Positions 38,340 through 49,339 are shown, counted from the first letter of the stretch. The stretch is DNA of 64,000 bases from an uncultured Candidatus Saccharibacteria bacterium (GCA_964543485.1 CAZIYI010000002.1:4192-68191); one strand, 5' to 3'. Notes: generated by a model not told the origin, from the letters alone. Numbers and translations: made by a program.

Positions 38340-38924
38340 TTACTGTTGTAAAACTTTTTTAATTAGAGCTTCTATATCAATATCCTCTTTCTTTAAAATA
38401 TCTGCCCCCCTTCTCACTCCGTCTTCTAATTCTTTACCCTTAAACGCAAGCACTTTTAATGCATTTTTTAATTCCACCAACCTCTCATCTTCCTTACCCT
38501 GTGCATCCTCTTTGTCAAAATCTATTCTTCCTCTTAACTCCAAAATTACCTTTTGAGCACCCTTTAAACCCAAACCAGATACCTTACTAAGAAGTTTAGA
38601 GTCACCATCCAAAATTAACTGTCTTACACGCTCCATACTATACGTAGAAAGAATAGAGAGTGCAGATTTAGGTCCAATACCTGATACTGTAAGTAGTAAC
38701 TCAAAGAAGTCCCTCTCTTCCTCTTTAACAAAACCGTAAAGTGTTTGGCTCTCTTCCCTTACCTGAAAGCTTGTAAAAAAATCTATATTATCTCCTACAT
38801 TCTTAAATTCAAAAAGAGATGAAACATATACCCTGTAGGCAATACCACAAGAGAGCAATATGTCAGTATAGCTACTTTTACCAAGATAATTCTTCATCAC
38901 TTTTCCAGAAATATATGAAATCAT
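38340..38924 (-). CDS. ruvA: Holliday junction binding protein RuvA
   Basis: VREE..LYGF, VSGIGPKSAL, ILELRG. Confidence 0.95.
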   Translation of the reverse strand: MISYISGKVMKNYLGKSSYTDILLSCGIAYRVYVSSLFEFKNVGDNIDFFTSFQVREESQTLYGFVKEEERDFFELLLTVSGIGPKSALSILSTYSMERVRQLILDGDSKLLSKVSGLGLKGAQKVILELRGRIDFDKEDAQGKEDERLVELKNALKVLAFKGKELEDGVRRGADILKKEDIDIEALIKKVLQQ

Positions 38925-38933
38925 TTTTTAATT

Positions 38934-39422
38934 TTATTTTAATTTATCATTTTCTAATCTGTCATAACATGCAACAGATATAGCCAAAGCATCTGCAACA
39001 TCATCTGGTTTAGGAATCTCAGTTAATCCAAATAGCATTTTAACATTTTCCTGTACCTGTAATTTAGATGCTTTCCCATACCCAGATATACTACTTTTTA
39101 CCTGTAGAGGGGTAATTTCACAAACAGGTATATTACTATCCTCTAAAGAAAGAAGTATAACCCCTCTGGCCTCTCCCACTACAATTGCTGTTTTAGCGTT
39201 GTTGTAAAAAAGAAGGGTTTCCAAACCACTATATACCGGTTTGAATTCTTTAATAATATTATTCATGTCTTTGTAAAGTTCTAACAGTCTCTCACCAACA
39301 GTTCTCTCCTTTGAAGTAATTATTGCTCCGTAATCAATGGGAGAAGCTTTCCCATTATTATCGAAATCAACAATAGACCAGCCAGTTATAGCTATACCCG
39401 GATCTATCCCTAATATTCTCAT
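38934..39422 (-). CDS. ruvC: Crossover junction endodeoxyribonuclease RuvC
   Basis: ILGIDPG, EARGV, GYGKASK, DDVADALA. Confidence 0.97.
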   Translation of the reverse strand: MRILGIDPGIAITGWSIVDFDNNGKASPIDYGAIITSKERTVGERLLELYKDMNNIIKEFKPVYSGLETLLFYNNAKTAIVVGEARGVILLSLEDSNIPVCEITPLQVKSSISGYGKASKLQVQENVKMLFGLTEIPKPDDVADALAISVACYDRLENDKLK

Positions 39423-39438
39423 ATCAATTTCGGTTAAA

Positions 39439-40218
39439 TTACTCTAGATTACTCCAAACATTCTGAACATCATCACGATCTTCCAATCTCTCTAAACCAT
39501 TTTGAATTTTCTCTAAATCTGTTCCTATTAAAGCTTTTACTACCTTCGGTTCTTTAATTATTTCGGACACTTCTATTAGATATCCTAACTTAGAAATAGA
39601 ATCTCTTACACTTGCCAGATTATTATACTGAGTATATACCTCCAACCCCTCTACTCCATCTAAATCTACCTCTTTAATATCTTCTATACCTTCTATATCC
39701 ATCAACTTTATCATTACTTCTTCCCTGTTATCTCGGATATATTCATCCTCTCCTCCATACTTTTCCGATTTTTTCAAATGACCACTCTTTACCATTATCA
39801 AACCCTTAGTATCAAAATTCCAAGAAACGGATCCTGTATCTCCCATTCTTCCCCCTATCTCTTCAAAGATTCTTCTTAAATCAGCAACTGTTCTATTTTT
39901 ATTATCAGTCAAACAGTCAACTAGAATCTGCACACCGTCATGTCCAAACCCCTCATAGGTAACCTCTTCATACACAACCCCGTCTACACCTGTACCAGAG
40001 CCCTTCTGAACTGCCTTTTCTATTCTGTCTATGGGAAAACCCTCTCTCTTTGCTTTCTCTATATACAACCTTAAATTGGGATTCATATTAGGATCAGTAC
40101 CCCCCTGTCTTGCAGCATGAGTTATCTGTACAGAAAGTTTTGAAAATACCTTCCCCTTCTTAGCATCATTTATTGCTTTCTTATGCCTGATTGTTGACCA
40201 TTTAGAGTGACCTGACAT
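39439..40218 (-). CDS. yebC: YebC/PmpR family protein
   Basis: MSGHSKWSTIRHKK, YEG, TDNKNRT. Confidence 0.96.
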   Translation of the reverse strand: MSGHSKWSTIRHKKAINDAKKGKVFSKLSVQITHAARQGGTDPNMNPNLRLYIEKAKREGFPIDRIEKAVQKGSGTGVDGVVYEEVTYEGFGHDGVQILVDCLTDNKNRTVADLRRIFEEIGGRMGDTGSVSWNFDTKGLIMVKSGHLKKSEKYGGEDEYIRDNREEVMIKLMDIEGIEDIKEVDLDGVEGLEVYTQYNNLASVRDSISKLGYLIEVSEIIKEPKVVKALIGTDLEKIQNGLERLEDRDDVQNVWSNLE

Positions 40219-40280
40219 AATTAGAAAAATATATAATGTATATGGGATATTCTATCATTTACAACACTGCGAAAAAAGAC

Positions 40281-42752
40281 CTAACTTTTTACTCTATATC
40301 CACCCTCAACGACTTCCTCTTTTTTTTCGTTTTTCTTTACTGACCTATTACCACTATCACTGTAAGTTTGATTACTCCACCTAATTATTTTATCCTCGAT
40401 TACATCTTTAGCTGTTCCGTATTTTTCTCTAGAAAGAGCAATCACTTTACTCTTTAATCCAAATGGCTGATACCTTGGAGGTAAGGATCTGGCACTAAAT
40501 GTTGTAGATGTCATACCATCAATACAGAGTTTAAGATACATAGAGTGTGCATCTAAAGAAACTAAATCTTCAGATGAAACTCCTGGGGCAAATTCTTTCT
40601 CAAGAATAGAGGCATCGGATTGACTAACTACAAATGAACCTAAAGTTCCAACATTACCGAATATTGCCTGTCTTACTGTTAAAGGTAATTGATCGATATA
40701 TTGATTAGTCATACACAAATCTAATCTAAACTTTCTTGCTTCGGATAGAATCTTAGCAAAAGAGTCTGTAGCAAAGTTTTGGAATTCATCAACAAAAAGA
40801 TAGAAATCATTTCTTTGATCAGCAGGCATATCAACTCTCTCCAAAGCAGTAGATTGTAACCTTGTAATTATCATTCCACCAAGTAAAGAAGCAGTTTCCT
40901 CTCCAAGTTTTCCTTGAGCAAGATTGATGAGTAAGATTTTCTTGTTATCCATTATCTCTCTTAAATCTATTGTAGATTTAACTTGTCCAATAATATTTCG
41001 AGTAACTGCCGAAGAAATAAATCTTCCTACCTTGTTCTGGATTGGTGCCACTGCCTCTGAGAGTAATCTGGGGTTTTGAGACATCTGTGCATACTCCTCC
41101 TCCCAGAATTTATATAGAATGGGATCATCAACCTGCTTTAGAATGAACTTCCTATAATTTTTATCCATAAGCATTCTAGTTACAGAGAGAAGTGTTGTAC
41201 CCTGTGCCTCTAGTGCTGTAGCTATTGTATTAGTAAGAATATACTGTAACCGAGGACCCCAGGATGTACCAAACTGTTTATGGAATACCTCTACTACACC
41301 ATCTGCAATTAAATCCCTTTGTGATTTATCTTTTAATTCAAGTAAGTTAAACCCTATCGGATACTCTGTATCTGTTGGATTAAAGTAAATAACATCATCT
41401 ATTCTTTCAGGAGGTATGAAATCCAAAAGTTCTTCAACCAACTCTCCATGAGGATCTATCATACAAGCACCGTCCCCCCTTAGAATATCTGAGATAAACA
41501 TGTTCTTAAATACAGTAGACTTACCTACACCTGTTTTACCTAAGATATAGAAATGCTTTCTCCTATCCTCACTTTTTATCCCAAACTCATATCGACTTCC
41601 CCTATAATCCGTTTCTGCAAAAACAGTAACCCCATCTTGTCCTACTTTAGGTAAATTCATAGGGGGTTCAATTCTTTTAGATCTACTCCAAGCGATATTT
41701 GGGGTTTCTACTGAAATATTCGGCATATGGTATAAAGAGGCCAATTCTTCAATATTAATAATATCAATAGTATCAGAAGGTAAATGTCTTTTTAAATACT
41801 CTGAGTATATCTCTTTTCCACTTTTATCTGGCTTCGAATGTACAAAAGTATTTAAGTGGGCAGTAGTAAACTGTTTAAAACTAGCGACAATATCTCTTAA
41901 TATTTGCTCTGACTCTATTTGTGAATTCGCTTTTGTAACTACTCTAATTTTAAATTCAAAACCGAGTTTTAACATCTTAAGTTCAATTTCGCTCAATTCC
42001 TCTTCTTGGCCGGGTTGTAATTTCACTATTTCTTTTCTTACTACATTCTCATTTCCGATATTGGATATACTCTCCCCCATTCCCTTTAAAACATTAGATA
42101 GTTCAGCAAAGAAGCCCTGTGAATATGGGTCTTTACCATCCTTGATTGCAGTAATGTATTTTTTAGAATTCTTTTGCCAGTAATTTGAAACAGGTCGTAC
42201 AAGAATTTGTATCCATGCCTTTTGTCCTAATTTAAGATCAGAGATTGCTCCCGTTATTGCTGCTAAAGGATCTACTTCAAAATTTCTAAATGTCTTAATC
42301 GGAAATATGAAGTCTTTCTCAAGCTCGATTTCTCCAGTAGTAACAAATTGTCTCTGATTAGGATCAGAGCTACTAATAGAGATGTAATCTGGTACATATT
42401 TGATATCCGCATTGGGGTATTGAGCATAAATTTGACCTTCAACAAATTTTGAAAGATGTTTTGGAACAACTGCATAGAATTTTATTCCATTATCATTACT
42501 TGAAACAATTTCGAAACTTATTAAATCAGCAGACTTAACATCGTCCCCTAAGATACCATGTATAGAAGCGAACATCTGTTCTGCGGCAAGTGGGGTTTTA
42601 TCATTCTCTCTTGGTACAAGTATCTGTATTACAAGAGGGCTTCGAATCTCTTCAAATACCTCAGGTGGGTCTTCAGATTTCTTACTTAAAAGAAACACAA
42701 AGGCAAGAAAAACTAAAGATGCAAATATTATAGAAAATATAAAAGTTGTCAT
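40281..42752 (-). CDS. VirB4/TraG/HerA-like membrane-anchored ATPase (common in CPR)
   Basis: N-terminal TM; HFYILGKTGVGKS, IDPHG, VDEFQNF, ILSEARKF. Confidence 0.85.
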   Translation of the reverse strand: MTTFIFSIIFASLVFLAFVFLLSKKSEDPPEVFEEIRSPLVIQILVPRENDKTPLAAEQMFASIHGILGDDVKSADLISFEIVSSNDNGIKFYAVVPKHLSKFVEGQIYAQYPNADIKYVPDYISISSSDPNQRQFVTTGEIELEKDFIFPIKTFRNFEVDPLAAITGAISDLKLGQKAWIQILVRPVSNYWQKNSKKYITAIKDGKDPYSQGFFAELSNVLKGMGESISNIGNENVVRKEIVKLQPGQEEELSEIELKMLKLGFEFKIRVVTKANSQIESEQILRDIVASFKQFTTAHLNTFVHSKPDKSGKEIYSEYLKRHLPSDTIDIINIEELASLYHMPNISVETPNIAWSRSKRIEPPMNLPKVGQDGVTVFAETDYRGSRYEFGIKSEDRRKHFYILGKTGVGKSTVFKNMFISDILRGDGACMIDPHGELVEELLDFIPPERIDDVIYFNPTDTEYPIGFNLLELKDKSQRDLIADGVVEVFHKQFGTSWGPRLQYILTNTIATALEAQGTTLLSVTRMLMDKNYRKFILKQVDDPILYKFWEEEYAQMSQNPRLLSEAVAPIQNKVGRFISSAVTRNIIGQVKSTIDLREIMDNKKILLINLAQGKLGEETASLLGGMIITRLQSTALERVDMPADQRNDFYLFVDEFQNFATDSFAKILSEARKFRLDLCMTNQYIDQLPLTVRQAIFGNVGTLGSFVVSQSDASILEKEFAPGVSSEDLVSLDAHSMYLKLCIDGMTSTTFSARSLPPRYQPFGLKSKVIALSREKYGTAKDVIEDKIIRWSNQTYSDSGNRSVKKNEKKEEVVEGGYRVKS

Positions 42753-42798
42753 TGAATATATATTACCATTTAAATAGTGAAAAGTAATATATTAAGTG

Positions 42799-44007
42799 CT
42801 AAAAAGCGTACACAGTTGGTATATCTTTTCCCAATATTATTACAATATCGCCAGTAGTCATAAATGATGGTCTACTTTCAACAATCTCATAAGTCCCAGG
42901 GAATATCTCAAATACTACACTTAACGATCTAGGGAAATCCTCTTGTTTAGGAACAAAAAATTGAGTTTTATTTTGCTCTTTGGGAGCATTATCATATCTA
43001 ACTACCTCACAACCACTATTTCTTATCTTTCTTGCATACTGACTAGCATAACCACTAAGTCCACTCCCATTATATACCTCTACTCTGACTCTTTCTTTTT
43101 CTAACTCCCTATCAATCATACTATCAATAAACTTTCTCCAAACAGTATCATATTTATCCGTTTCAATATAGCTTGAAATACCTACTCCTCCAAATGCCTC
43201 TTGTTGTGAGAGGTATTCTGAATTACTTAAATCCAAAAGAAACGGTCTTGTAGAAATAATACTTTTTTGAATATTTTTTAATTTAAGAACAACATTTCCT
43301 AGAGTTGAAAATGAGGATAGTATTACTGCTTGAGAGTCCTTAAACTTATGAGATGAAGTTAAAAGATTAAACCATCCTAATTTTGAAATAAAGCTATTTA
43401 ACAAAAACGCTTCTTGATTCACATTAAAACCGTTTGAGTAATATTGGGCATACAAAGAATCTCCAGATGGCTCTCCTAATTTCTCGCTGAATATTTTATT
43501 AGCAGAGCTACTGATCCATATATATTCGTCTATATTAGTACCTAATAGTTGTTCAAATTGCCATATAGCGTATTCATAACCCCTACCCTCTTGAAGAAAA
43601 TCTCCAGCATACCTAAATGTAGAGATTGGCAAACTACTTCCAAACTCTTTGTCTACACCCATATACTCTACCCATGCTGGTATAAATACTAACACAGAGA
43701 CACTTTTTTCTTTGTTTTCAGCATATAGATATGCAACCTTTATCCTCTCTTTGTCATTGTATTCTTCCTCAAATACAATTAGTGTTTTTTCTAAAGCATC
43801 TCTTTGATTTGATAGAAGGTAATATTCGGAATTACTAAGTTTAATGGGATCAATACTCTTAATGTTACTAAATCCAATATATGTATATATGCCATAGCCA
43901 ATTAAAGAGGTTAGAATTAGGAATAGAAGTATTTTATTAAAGTTAATATTAATTTTCTTTTTCTTCACTTCCCCTTTTCTTTTGTATCTCTCTCTTCCAG
44001 TTCTCAT
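42799..44007 (-). CDS. LCP-like protein with LytR C-terminal domain
   Basis: N-terminal TM; VRVEVYNGSGLSGYA...DIVIILGKD. Confidence 0.75.
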   Translation of the reverse strand: MRTGRERYKRKGEVKKKKININFNKILLFLILTSLIGYGIYTYIGFSNIKSIDPIKLSNSEYYLLSNQRDALEKTLIVFEEEYNDKERIKVAYLYAENKEKSVSVLVFIPAWVEYMGVDKEFGSSLPISTFRYAGDFLQEGRGYEYAIWQFEQLLGTNIDEYIWISSSANKIFSEKLGEPSGDSLYAQYYSNGFNVNQEAFLLNSFISKLGWFNLLTSSHKFKDSQAVILSSFSTLGNVVLKLKNIQKSIISTRPFLLDLSNSEYLSQQEAFGGVGISSYIETDKYDTVWRKFIDSMIDRELEKERVRVEVYNGSGLSGYASQYARKIRNSGCEVVRYDNAPKEQNKTQFFVPKQEDFPRSLSVVFEIFPGTYEIVESRPSFMTTGDIVIILGKDIPTVYAF

Positions 44008-44939
44008 TTTAATGTTGTAAAAGTTAATCTTTTTCCATTCTTTTTAACAAAACTTAATAGCACCGCCTCAAGCATAATATTATCACCTACTCCATTACCG
44101 TAAAGAGAATCTCCTTTAATATGATATCCCAAGTATTTTAAACTTGCCCTTATCTGGTGCATCCTTCCTGTATCAATTTTGATTAAAGCATGATCTTTTG
44201 AAAAGAGCATATAACTTAAAGCGTATTTTGAACCGGGAAATTCATAGGTTCTAAACTCCATCCTATATCTATTTGTCCTATCTCTCCCAATATACCCTTC
44301 TACTTTTCCCCAACTTTGCCATGGTTTTGAATTTATATCAATCTTTTTAGCATATTCTAGCAAATCAATATCTATTTCATTTTTGTTCTTCTCCTCTAAA
44401 CAAGCATAGTATATTTTAATTACGTTCTTGTTACTAAATTCCCCTTTTAAATACTCCTGAATACTCTTATTTTTTGCTACAACTATTAATCCAGACACCC
44501 CCTTATCTAAACGATGTACAATCCCTCCCCTATCAAGTAAAGAATCATACTGCCCTATACTTTCAAGATAGTATCTTACATAATTTGCGAGAGTATTATC
44601 TCTATTCCCTACTCCCGGATGAACCACTAAACCTTTTGGTTTATATATTACTAATAGATCTTCATCCTCATATCTAATATCTAATTTGTACTTTTGAGGA
44701 AGTATCTCTTTGCTTAAATCTAAGTTGTTTTTAATATCTTCCCAATATTCTCTATCTATATCCAAGATATCTCCCTCTCTTAATCTATATCCCTTTTTAC
44801 AGCTACTCCCATTTATATTACATCCTTCATTTATATATCTTTGAACAATGCTTCTAGAAAAAGAATGCTCTTTTAATATATCAAATACAACTGAATCAAT
44901 CCTTAGACCCATTTTGTCTTTTTGAATAACTATTTTCAT
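44004..44939 (-). CDS. rluD: RluA/RluD family pseudouridine synthase
   Basis: S4 domain, KPKGLVVHPG, GIVHRLDKGVSG, TGRMHQIR. Confidence 0.9.
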   Translation of the reverse strand: MKIVIQKDKMGLRIDSVVFDILKEHSFSRSIVQRYINEGCNINGSSCKKGYRLREGDILDIDREYWEDIKNNLDLSKEILPQKYKLDIRYEDEDLLVIYKPKGLVVHPGVGNRDNTLANYVRYYLESIGQYDSLLDRGGIVHRLDKGVSGLIVVAKNKSIQEYLKGEFSNKNVIKIYYACLEEKNKNEIDIDLLEYAKKIDINSKPWQSWGKVEGYIGRDRTNRYRMEFRTYEFPGSKYALSYMLFSKDHALIKIDTGRMHQIRASLKYLGYHIKGDSLYGNGVGDNIMLEAVLLSFVKKNGKRLTFTTLK

Positions 44940-44972
44940 AATATAGATTTTACTAATAATATGTCTCTATTA

Positions 44973-45353
44973 CTACCTCTCTCTATTTAAAAAAAGTAGA
45001 AATACCCCTGCATATATTGATAATATAACTAAAAACAAATCCGATATATTAAATGAAATCCCTAATACTGTAATATAATCACATACCTTTCCATATATAA
45101 CTCTTGTAACTAGATTACTTAATCCTAAAAGGAATACTGAAAAGAGAATGTATTTCATATTACCTCCAGAATTTAATGCTATAACAATTAGGATGATTAG
45201 TAAGAGTGTTGAGATAAAAAATATATTGTTAATTTCAATACCGAAAGCAACCCCGTTATTTGTAATGCATGTATTTCTTAAAAATAATTCATTCGAAAGA
45301 AATATATTTATTACAGATACAACAAATGAACACAAAAGTATAGCTATGCCCAT
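44973..45353 (-). CDS. lspA: Signal peptidase II
   Basis: NNGVAFG, SNL..R, G.VCDYI, FNISD. Confidence 0.8.
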   Translation of the reverse strand: MGIAILLCSFVVSVINIFLSNELFLRNTCITNNGVAFGIEINNIFFISTLLLIILIVIALNSGGNMKYILFSVFLLGLSNLVTRVIYGKVCDYITVLGISFNISDLFLVILSIYAGVFLLFLNRER

Positions 45354-45354
45354 A

Positions 45355-46161
45355 CTATTCTAACTTAACAGATCTAATTGTTGATACACTTTTAATATTT
45401 ACTTTTGCTTTTCTTAAATCTGAAAGAAAGAATCCCGACATTACTACTGTCCATATTAAAAATATTCCTACTAAAATATCCTCTAAGAAAGACAAATCGC
45501 TAGATAAATATAGATATGAGACATAGACAGAGGAGATAAGTACGATAAAGAATCCAACATAACCAAGAATATACTTTTCGTAAAGAGGATTTTTAACAAT
45601 TTTATATATGAATTTAAATGATATGTAAAATATTACCAAAACAGCAATTAGTATTAACCCTTTATAAATCCAATTATTAAAACCGGAGTTCATACCGGTA
45701 TATATAAAAGAAACCCCCAACATTGATGTGGTTGAGAAATAAATTGGAAAAAACATATGTTTCCATCTCCATTTTTTAATCACTAATACAAAGAAGGTTA
45801 AGAAAATAAGTGTTGATACAAACATCGCTAGTATTACCAAGCCACCATCCCAAACACCAAAAAATCTCCATGGTAGTAATCTAAAAAGATAAATCTTTTC
45901 ACCATACTTTTCATAAGGTAACCAATACCATATAAATGATGAAAATGTTTCCCAGGTCAATATTATATATACTACTCTTCCAACAACAAAACCAAGGAAT
46001 CCAGAAACTAAAAAAATATCAAATACAGAGGATCTATTTTTTCGTGATTCTGTACAACCTCTCCAAAATACATACAAACCAATAAAAAATATTAACGCAA
46101 AAACAATCAATGGATGAACATCTTGCAAAAAATCTTTTACAATATAAAACAGTTCTTTCAC
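45355..46161 (-). CDS. Lgt-like membrane protein (divergent)
   Basis: GRVVYI...WDGGL N-terminal Lgt signature; adjacent to lspA. Confidence 0.6.
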   Translation of the reverse strand: MKELFYIVKDFLQDVHPLIVFALIFFIGLYVFWRGCTESRKNRSSVFDIFLVSGFLGFVVGRVVYIILTWETFSSFIWYWLPYEKYGEKIYLFRLLPWRFFGVWDGGLVILAMFVSTLIFLTFFVLVIKKWRWKHMFFPIYFSTTSMLGVSFIYTGMNSGFNNWIYKGLILIAVLVIFYISFKFIYKIVKNPLYEKYILGYVGFFIVLISSVYVSYLYLSSDLSFLEDILVGIFLIWTVVMSGFFLSDLRKAKVNIKSVSTIRSVKLE

Positions 46162-46186
46162 TATGTTATGCTAATACTTTAATATC

Positions 46187-46942
46187 CTATCGTTTCTTTC
46201 TTGATTCCTTTTTCTTATTCTTTTTCTTTCTATCTTTCTTTATCTTTTTAAAATCTGTTTTAGCAGTTTCAGAAACTACATTACTATCAACTTTTCCTTT
46301 AACCTTAGTTTTAAGATGTAGAAACCCACCAATGATTACATTCCCGAGTTTAACAATAAAACTCTCCCCTGTCTTGTATCTGGTTCTTTTTGATTCAACA
46401 ACTTCACTTGCTTGTTCTTTAGTTGCAGTAATTTGCTGTTGCATTACCTGAGCATCAGGATACTTCTCTTCCTGGGTAGCCCTATCTCTAATCTGAAGAC
46501 CACAGAATTCACAAAATTTATGATCTTTGTTAATTAAGACATTGCATTTTGGACATCTCTTTTTAATCTCAAACCCACAATTTGTACAAAATACATATCC
46601 AGGATACAATTGATGCCCACACTTTGGGCAATCTCCAAGTTCCGATGTTTCAAATTTTAAATATCTTCTTTCTAAATCCCCCCAATATATTTCCTCAATC
46701 GTTTCACTTGGTCGAATAATTAAATATATTATTAATCCTGGTATATTCAAAAATATAACTAAAAGCATATATACCAGTCTTAGACCTTTTCTGGAAGTTC
46801 TCTCAGAAGAATCTATCCATACCCACCCAATGATGACTAAAGAGAATAAAATGAATAATAGGCCAATTATAAAGCTAAAGATATTAAAGTTTATACCTCC
46901 TACAAATTCAAAAAAGTTAAGAATAAATTTTTCTAATCCCAT
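46187..46942 (-). CDS. Membrane protein with double zinc-ribbon domain
   Basis: Two TMs ending YLIIRP; CPKCG/CTNCG/CPKC/CEFCG; basic tail. Confidence 0.8.
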   Translation of the reverse strand: MGLEKFILNFFEFVGGINFNIFSFIIGLLFILFSLVIIGWVWIDSSERTSRKGLRLVYMLLVIFLNIPGLIIYLIIRPSETIEEIYWGDLERRYLKFETSELGDCPKCGHQLYPGYVFCTNCGFEIKKRCPKCNVLINKDHKFCEFCGLQIRDRATQEEKYPDAQVMQQQITATKEQASEVVESKRTRYKTGESFIVKLGNVIIGGFLHLKTKVKGKVDSNVVSETAKTDFKKIKKDRKKKNKKKESRKKR

Positions 46943-46969
46943 GGTTTTATTATTACTTAATTATCTATA

Positions 46970-47053
46970 TGGTCGAGGAGGGAATCGAACCCTCACACTA
47001 TTTCTAGCATGGGATTTTGAGTCCCACGTGTCTGCCAATTCCACCACTCGACC
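46970..47053 (-). tRNA. tRNA-Leu(CAA), CCA not encoded
   Basis: GGTCGAG acceptor stem, GGAATTGGCAGAC D-arm, anticodon loop CTCAAAA, long variable arm, GGTTCGATTCC T-arm. Confidence 0.96.
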
Positions 47054-47095
47054 TAATCCCTTTATTATATCCCAAGAAAATAGGTGTTGTATATA

Positions 47096-48412
47096 CTAAT
47101 TCTTCTCTCTATGAAGATTTCTAAAACTGGCTATCTCTTTAATGAATGCTAATTCTAGTACACCTGTAGGACCATTTCTATGTTTTGCAAGGAACAATTC
47201 CGCTGTACCCTTCTTTTCTGTATCAGGATTCCAAGTCTCTTCCCTATCTAAAAACATTACAACATCAGCATCCTGCTCAATAGAACCAGATTCTCTCAAA
47301 TCTGACAATTGAGGTCTTCTACTTTGCCTTTGCTCAATCGCTCGAGATAGCTGAGAAAGCCCAACAACGGGAATATTTAACTCCTTTGCGAGATTTTTCA
47401 AGCCCTGTGAAACCTCCCCTACCTCTAATGTTCTACTTTCCTTACTATTACCATGCATTAGTTGAAGATAGTCAACAAATATTATATCAACCCCATGTTC
47501 AATTTCTAACCTTCTTGCTTTAGTTCTAATTTGGTTAATATGTTGTCCTGCCATATCATCGATAAAGATATTTGCATCTGCCAATTCTCCCATGGTATTA
47601 GCCAACTTAACAATTTTTTCTTCTGTGAGTTTATTCGTTCTAATTTCCCAGAAAGGAATACCTGATTGCATACCTAAAAGTCTATCCATAATCTGCATAT
47701 TAGACATTTCTAATGAAAAGAAAGCTACATTTTTCTTCTCAATTAAAGCAGCATGTCTCATCATATCCAAAGCCAAAGATGTTTTACCAACAGAAGGTCT
47801 TGCAGCAAGTACAATAAAATCGGATTTCTGAAAACCACCCAGAAGAACATCTAACTCTTTAAATCCAGTTGAGATACCAGCATAATCATCACTTTCTTTA
47901 GAATGAGCAGCTCTCTCATAAGCACCTTTAAGTAGATCTTTAATATGCACAAAATTACTCTTTATTCCCTCTTGAGCGACATTAAAAAGTAAGGTTTCTG
48001 ATCTATCTACCACTTCTGGCATAGCTATGGTTTCATCAAAAGCCAACTTCGTAATTTCTGAAGAAGAAGATATCAACCCCCTTCTTGTCGCAGTTTCTTT
48101 AACGATATTTCCATACTCAGCTGCATGTGCAGAAGTTGGAACGAAAGATGCAAGCTCTGTTAGATATGCCCTTCCACCTATCCTGCTAAGTAACTTTTTC
48201 TTTTTTAATTTATCCGAAATAGTAACAAGATCTATTGGGAGACCCTCTTCAAAGAGTTCTAAAATATTCTCATAAATATCTGCATGCCTTTCATCATAAA
48301 AATGATTTGGTTTTAATGTTCCAGAAACTTCAATTAAGGCGTCTTTGTCTAAAAGAATTGAACCTAATACTGATTTTTCTGCTTCTAAATTTTGAGGTGG
48401 AATTCTATCCAT
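47096..48412 (-). CDS. dnaB: Replicative DNA helicase DnaB
   Basis: PPQNLEAE, AARPSVGKT, FSLEMS, DYLQL, LSDLRESGSIEQDAD, KHRNGPTG. Confidence 0.98.
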   Translation of the reverse strand: MDRIPPQNLEAEKSVLGSILLDKDALIEVSGTLKPNHFYDERHADIYENILELFEEGLPIDLVTISDKLKKKKLLSRIGGRAYLTELASFVPTSAHAAEYGNIVKETATRRGLISSSSEITKLAFDETIAMPEVVDRSETLLFNVAQEGIKSNFVHIKDLLKGAYERAAHSKESDDYAGISTGFKELDVLLGGFQKSDFIVLAARPSVGKTSLALDMMRHAALIEKKNVAFFSLEMSNMQIMDRLLGMQSGIPFWEIRTNKLTEEKIVKLANTMGELADANIFIDDMAGQHINQIRTKARRLEIEHGVDIIFVDYLQLMHGNSKESRTLEVGEVSQGLKNLAKELNIPVVGLSQLSRAIEQRQSRRPQLSDLRESGSIEQDADVVMFLDREETWNPDTEKKGTAELFLAKHRNGPTGVLELAFIKEIASFRNLHREKN

Positions 48413-48415
48413 TTT

Positions 48416-49063
48416 TTATTTAAGAAATATTACCTCTATATTTTTGTTCTCTTGCTCAGGTGTAGGAGTAACATTTAAATATGATTCTTCTTTAACATTA
48501 GTGAAACCAAAATATTTAATAAAATCATCCTTACTTTTTAATTCGTTTCCCAATTTCAATCCTTCTGTATTGTATGCACAAGGTATAAGTATTGTAGGAT
48601 CAATATAGTTAAGTATCTTTTCAATCTTGTCATAATCTATAAATAGATTGCCGTTACCAATAGGTAAAATTAAAACATCTACATCTCCCAAATCTTTAGT
48701 TAAAGATATATCCAAAGAGTTATCTATTAAGCCCATGTACACTACTCTTAAAACGGCTTCATCAATAGTATAGAACTGAGAATCAACATCTCTTCGAATC
48801 ATTACTCCACCTATTTCAAACTCACCCGGAGAAGATATTTCTATCGTTGATTCCCTATGATCTGGCTCTATTTTTTTTAATAAATCATTTCCGTCTAATA
48901 TATTCTCCTCACCTCTCAAATCTTTTGAAGAGAAAAGAACAACATCTGCTTTACTTTTTGGAAAAGCCAACCCACTCTGTTTAAGGGCTAGTGGATCTGT
49001 TAAAACAGTTATATCACCTGTACTAAGTAGAAATGACGACCAACCAAGACTTTTAATCTTCAT
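48416..49063 (-). CDS. MBL-fold (Lactamase_B_3-like) protein, metal ligands apparently lost
   Basis: LGWSSF, LTDP, PGEFEIGGV, DVLILPIG, IP; no HxHxDH motif. Confidence 0.7.
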   Translation of the reverse strand: MKIKSLGWSSFLLSTGDITVLTDPLALKQSGLAFPKSKADVVLFSSKDLRGEENILDGNDLLKKIEPDHRESTIEISSPGEFEIGGVMIRRDVDSQFYTIDEAVLRVVYMGLIDNSLDISLTKDLGDVDVLILPIGNGNLFIDYDKIEKILNYIDPTILIPCAYNTEGLKLGNELKSKDDFIKYFGFTNVKEESYLNVTPTPEQENKNIEVIFLK

Positions 49064-49114
49064 ATTTACATTACAATTATATTATCTGGCAGTATACACA
49101 AGAGTATATCAGAT

Positions 49115-49339
49115 TTATGAATCCGATAGACCCAGAGATTTACGAATGTCTTCAACTAGAGTTTCTTTCATCTGTTTTTTAACTAACTCTAACTTCAAAC
49201 TTTCTAAAGAAGAAATTACAGCTTGAAGCTGTGTCATCACTTTATCCTCATCTACATTGAGAGAAATCATCCTTTTTATGCCACCAACCTGTCCCTCTAT
49301 TCTACTAACTCTATTTTGAATTTTCTTTGAATATTTCAT
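49115..49339 (-). CDS. CsoR/RcnR/FrmR family regulator lacking Cys/His ligands
   Basis: NRVSRIEGQVGGIKRMI...TQLQAVISSL signature. Confidence 0.82.
   Translation of the reverse strand: MKYSKKIQNRVSRIEGQVGGIKRMISLNVDEDKVMTQLQAVISSLESLKLELVKKQMKETLVEDIRKSLGLSDS

Noticed and set aside
46970-47053. tRNA-Leu as the integration site for the tyrosine recombinase
   Set aside because: I saw no duplicated tRNA 3' end (att site), and the intervening genes are housekeeping.
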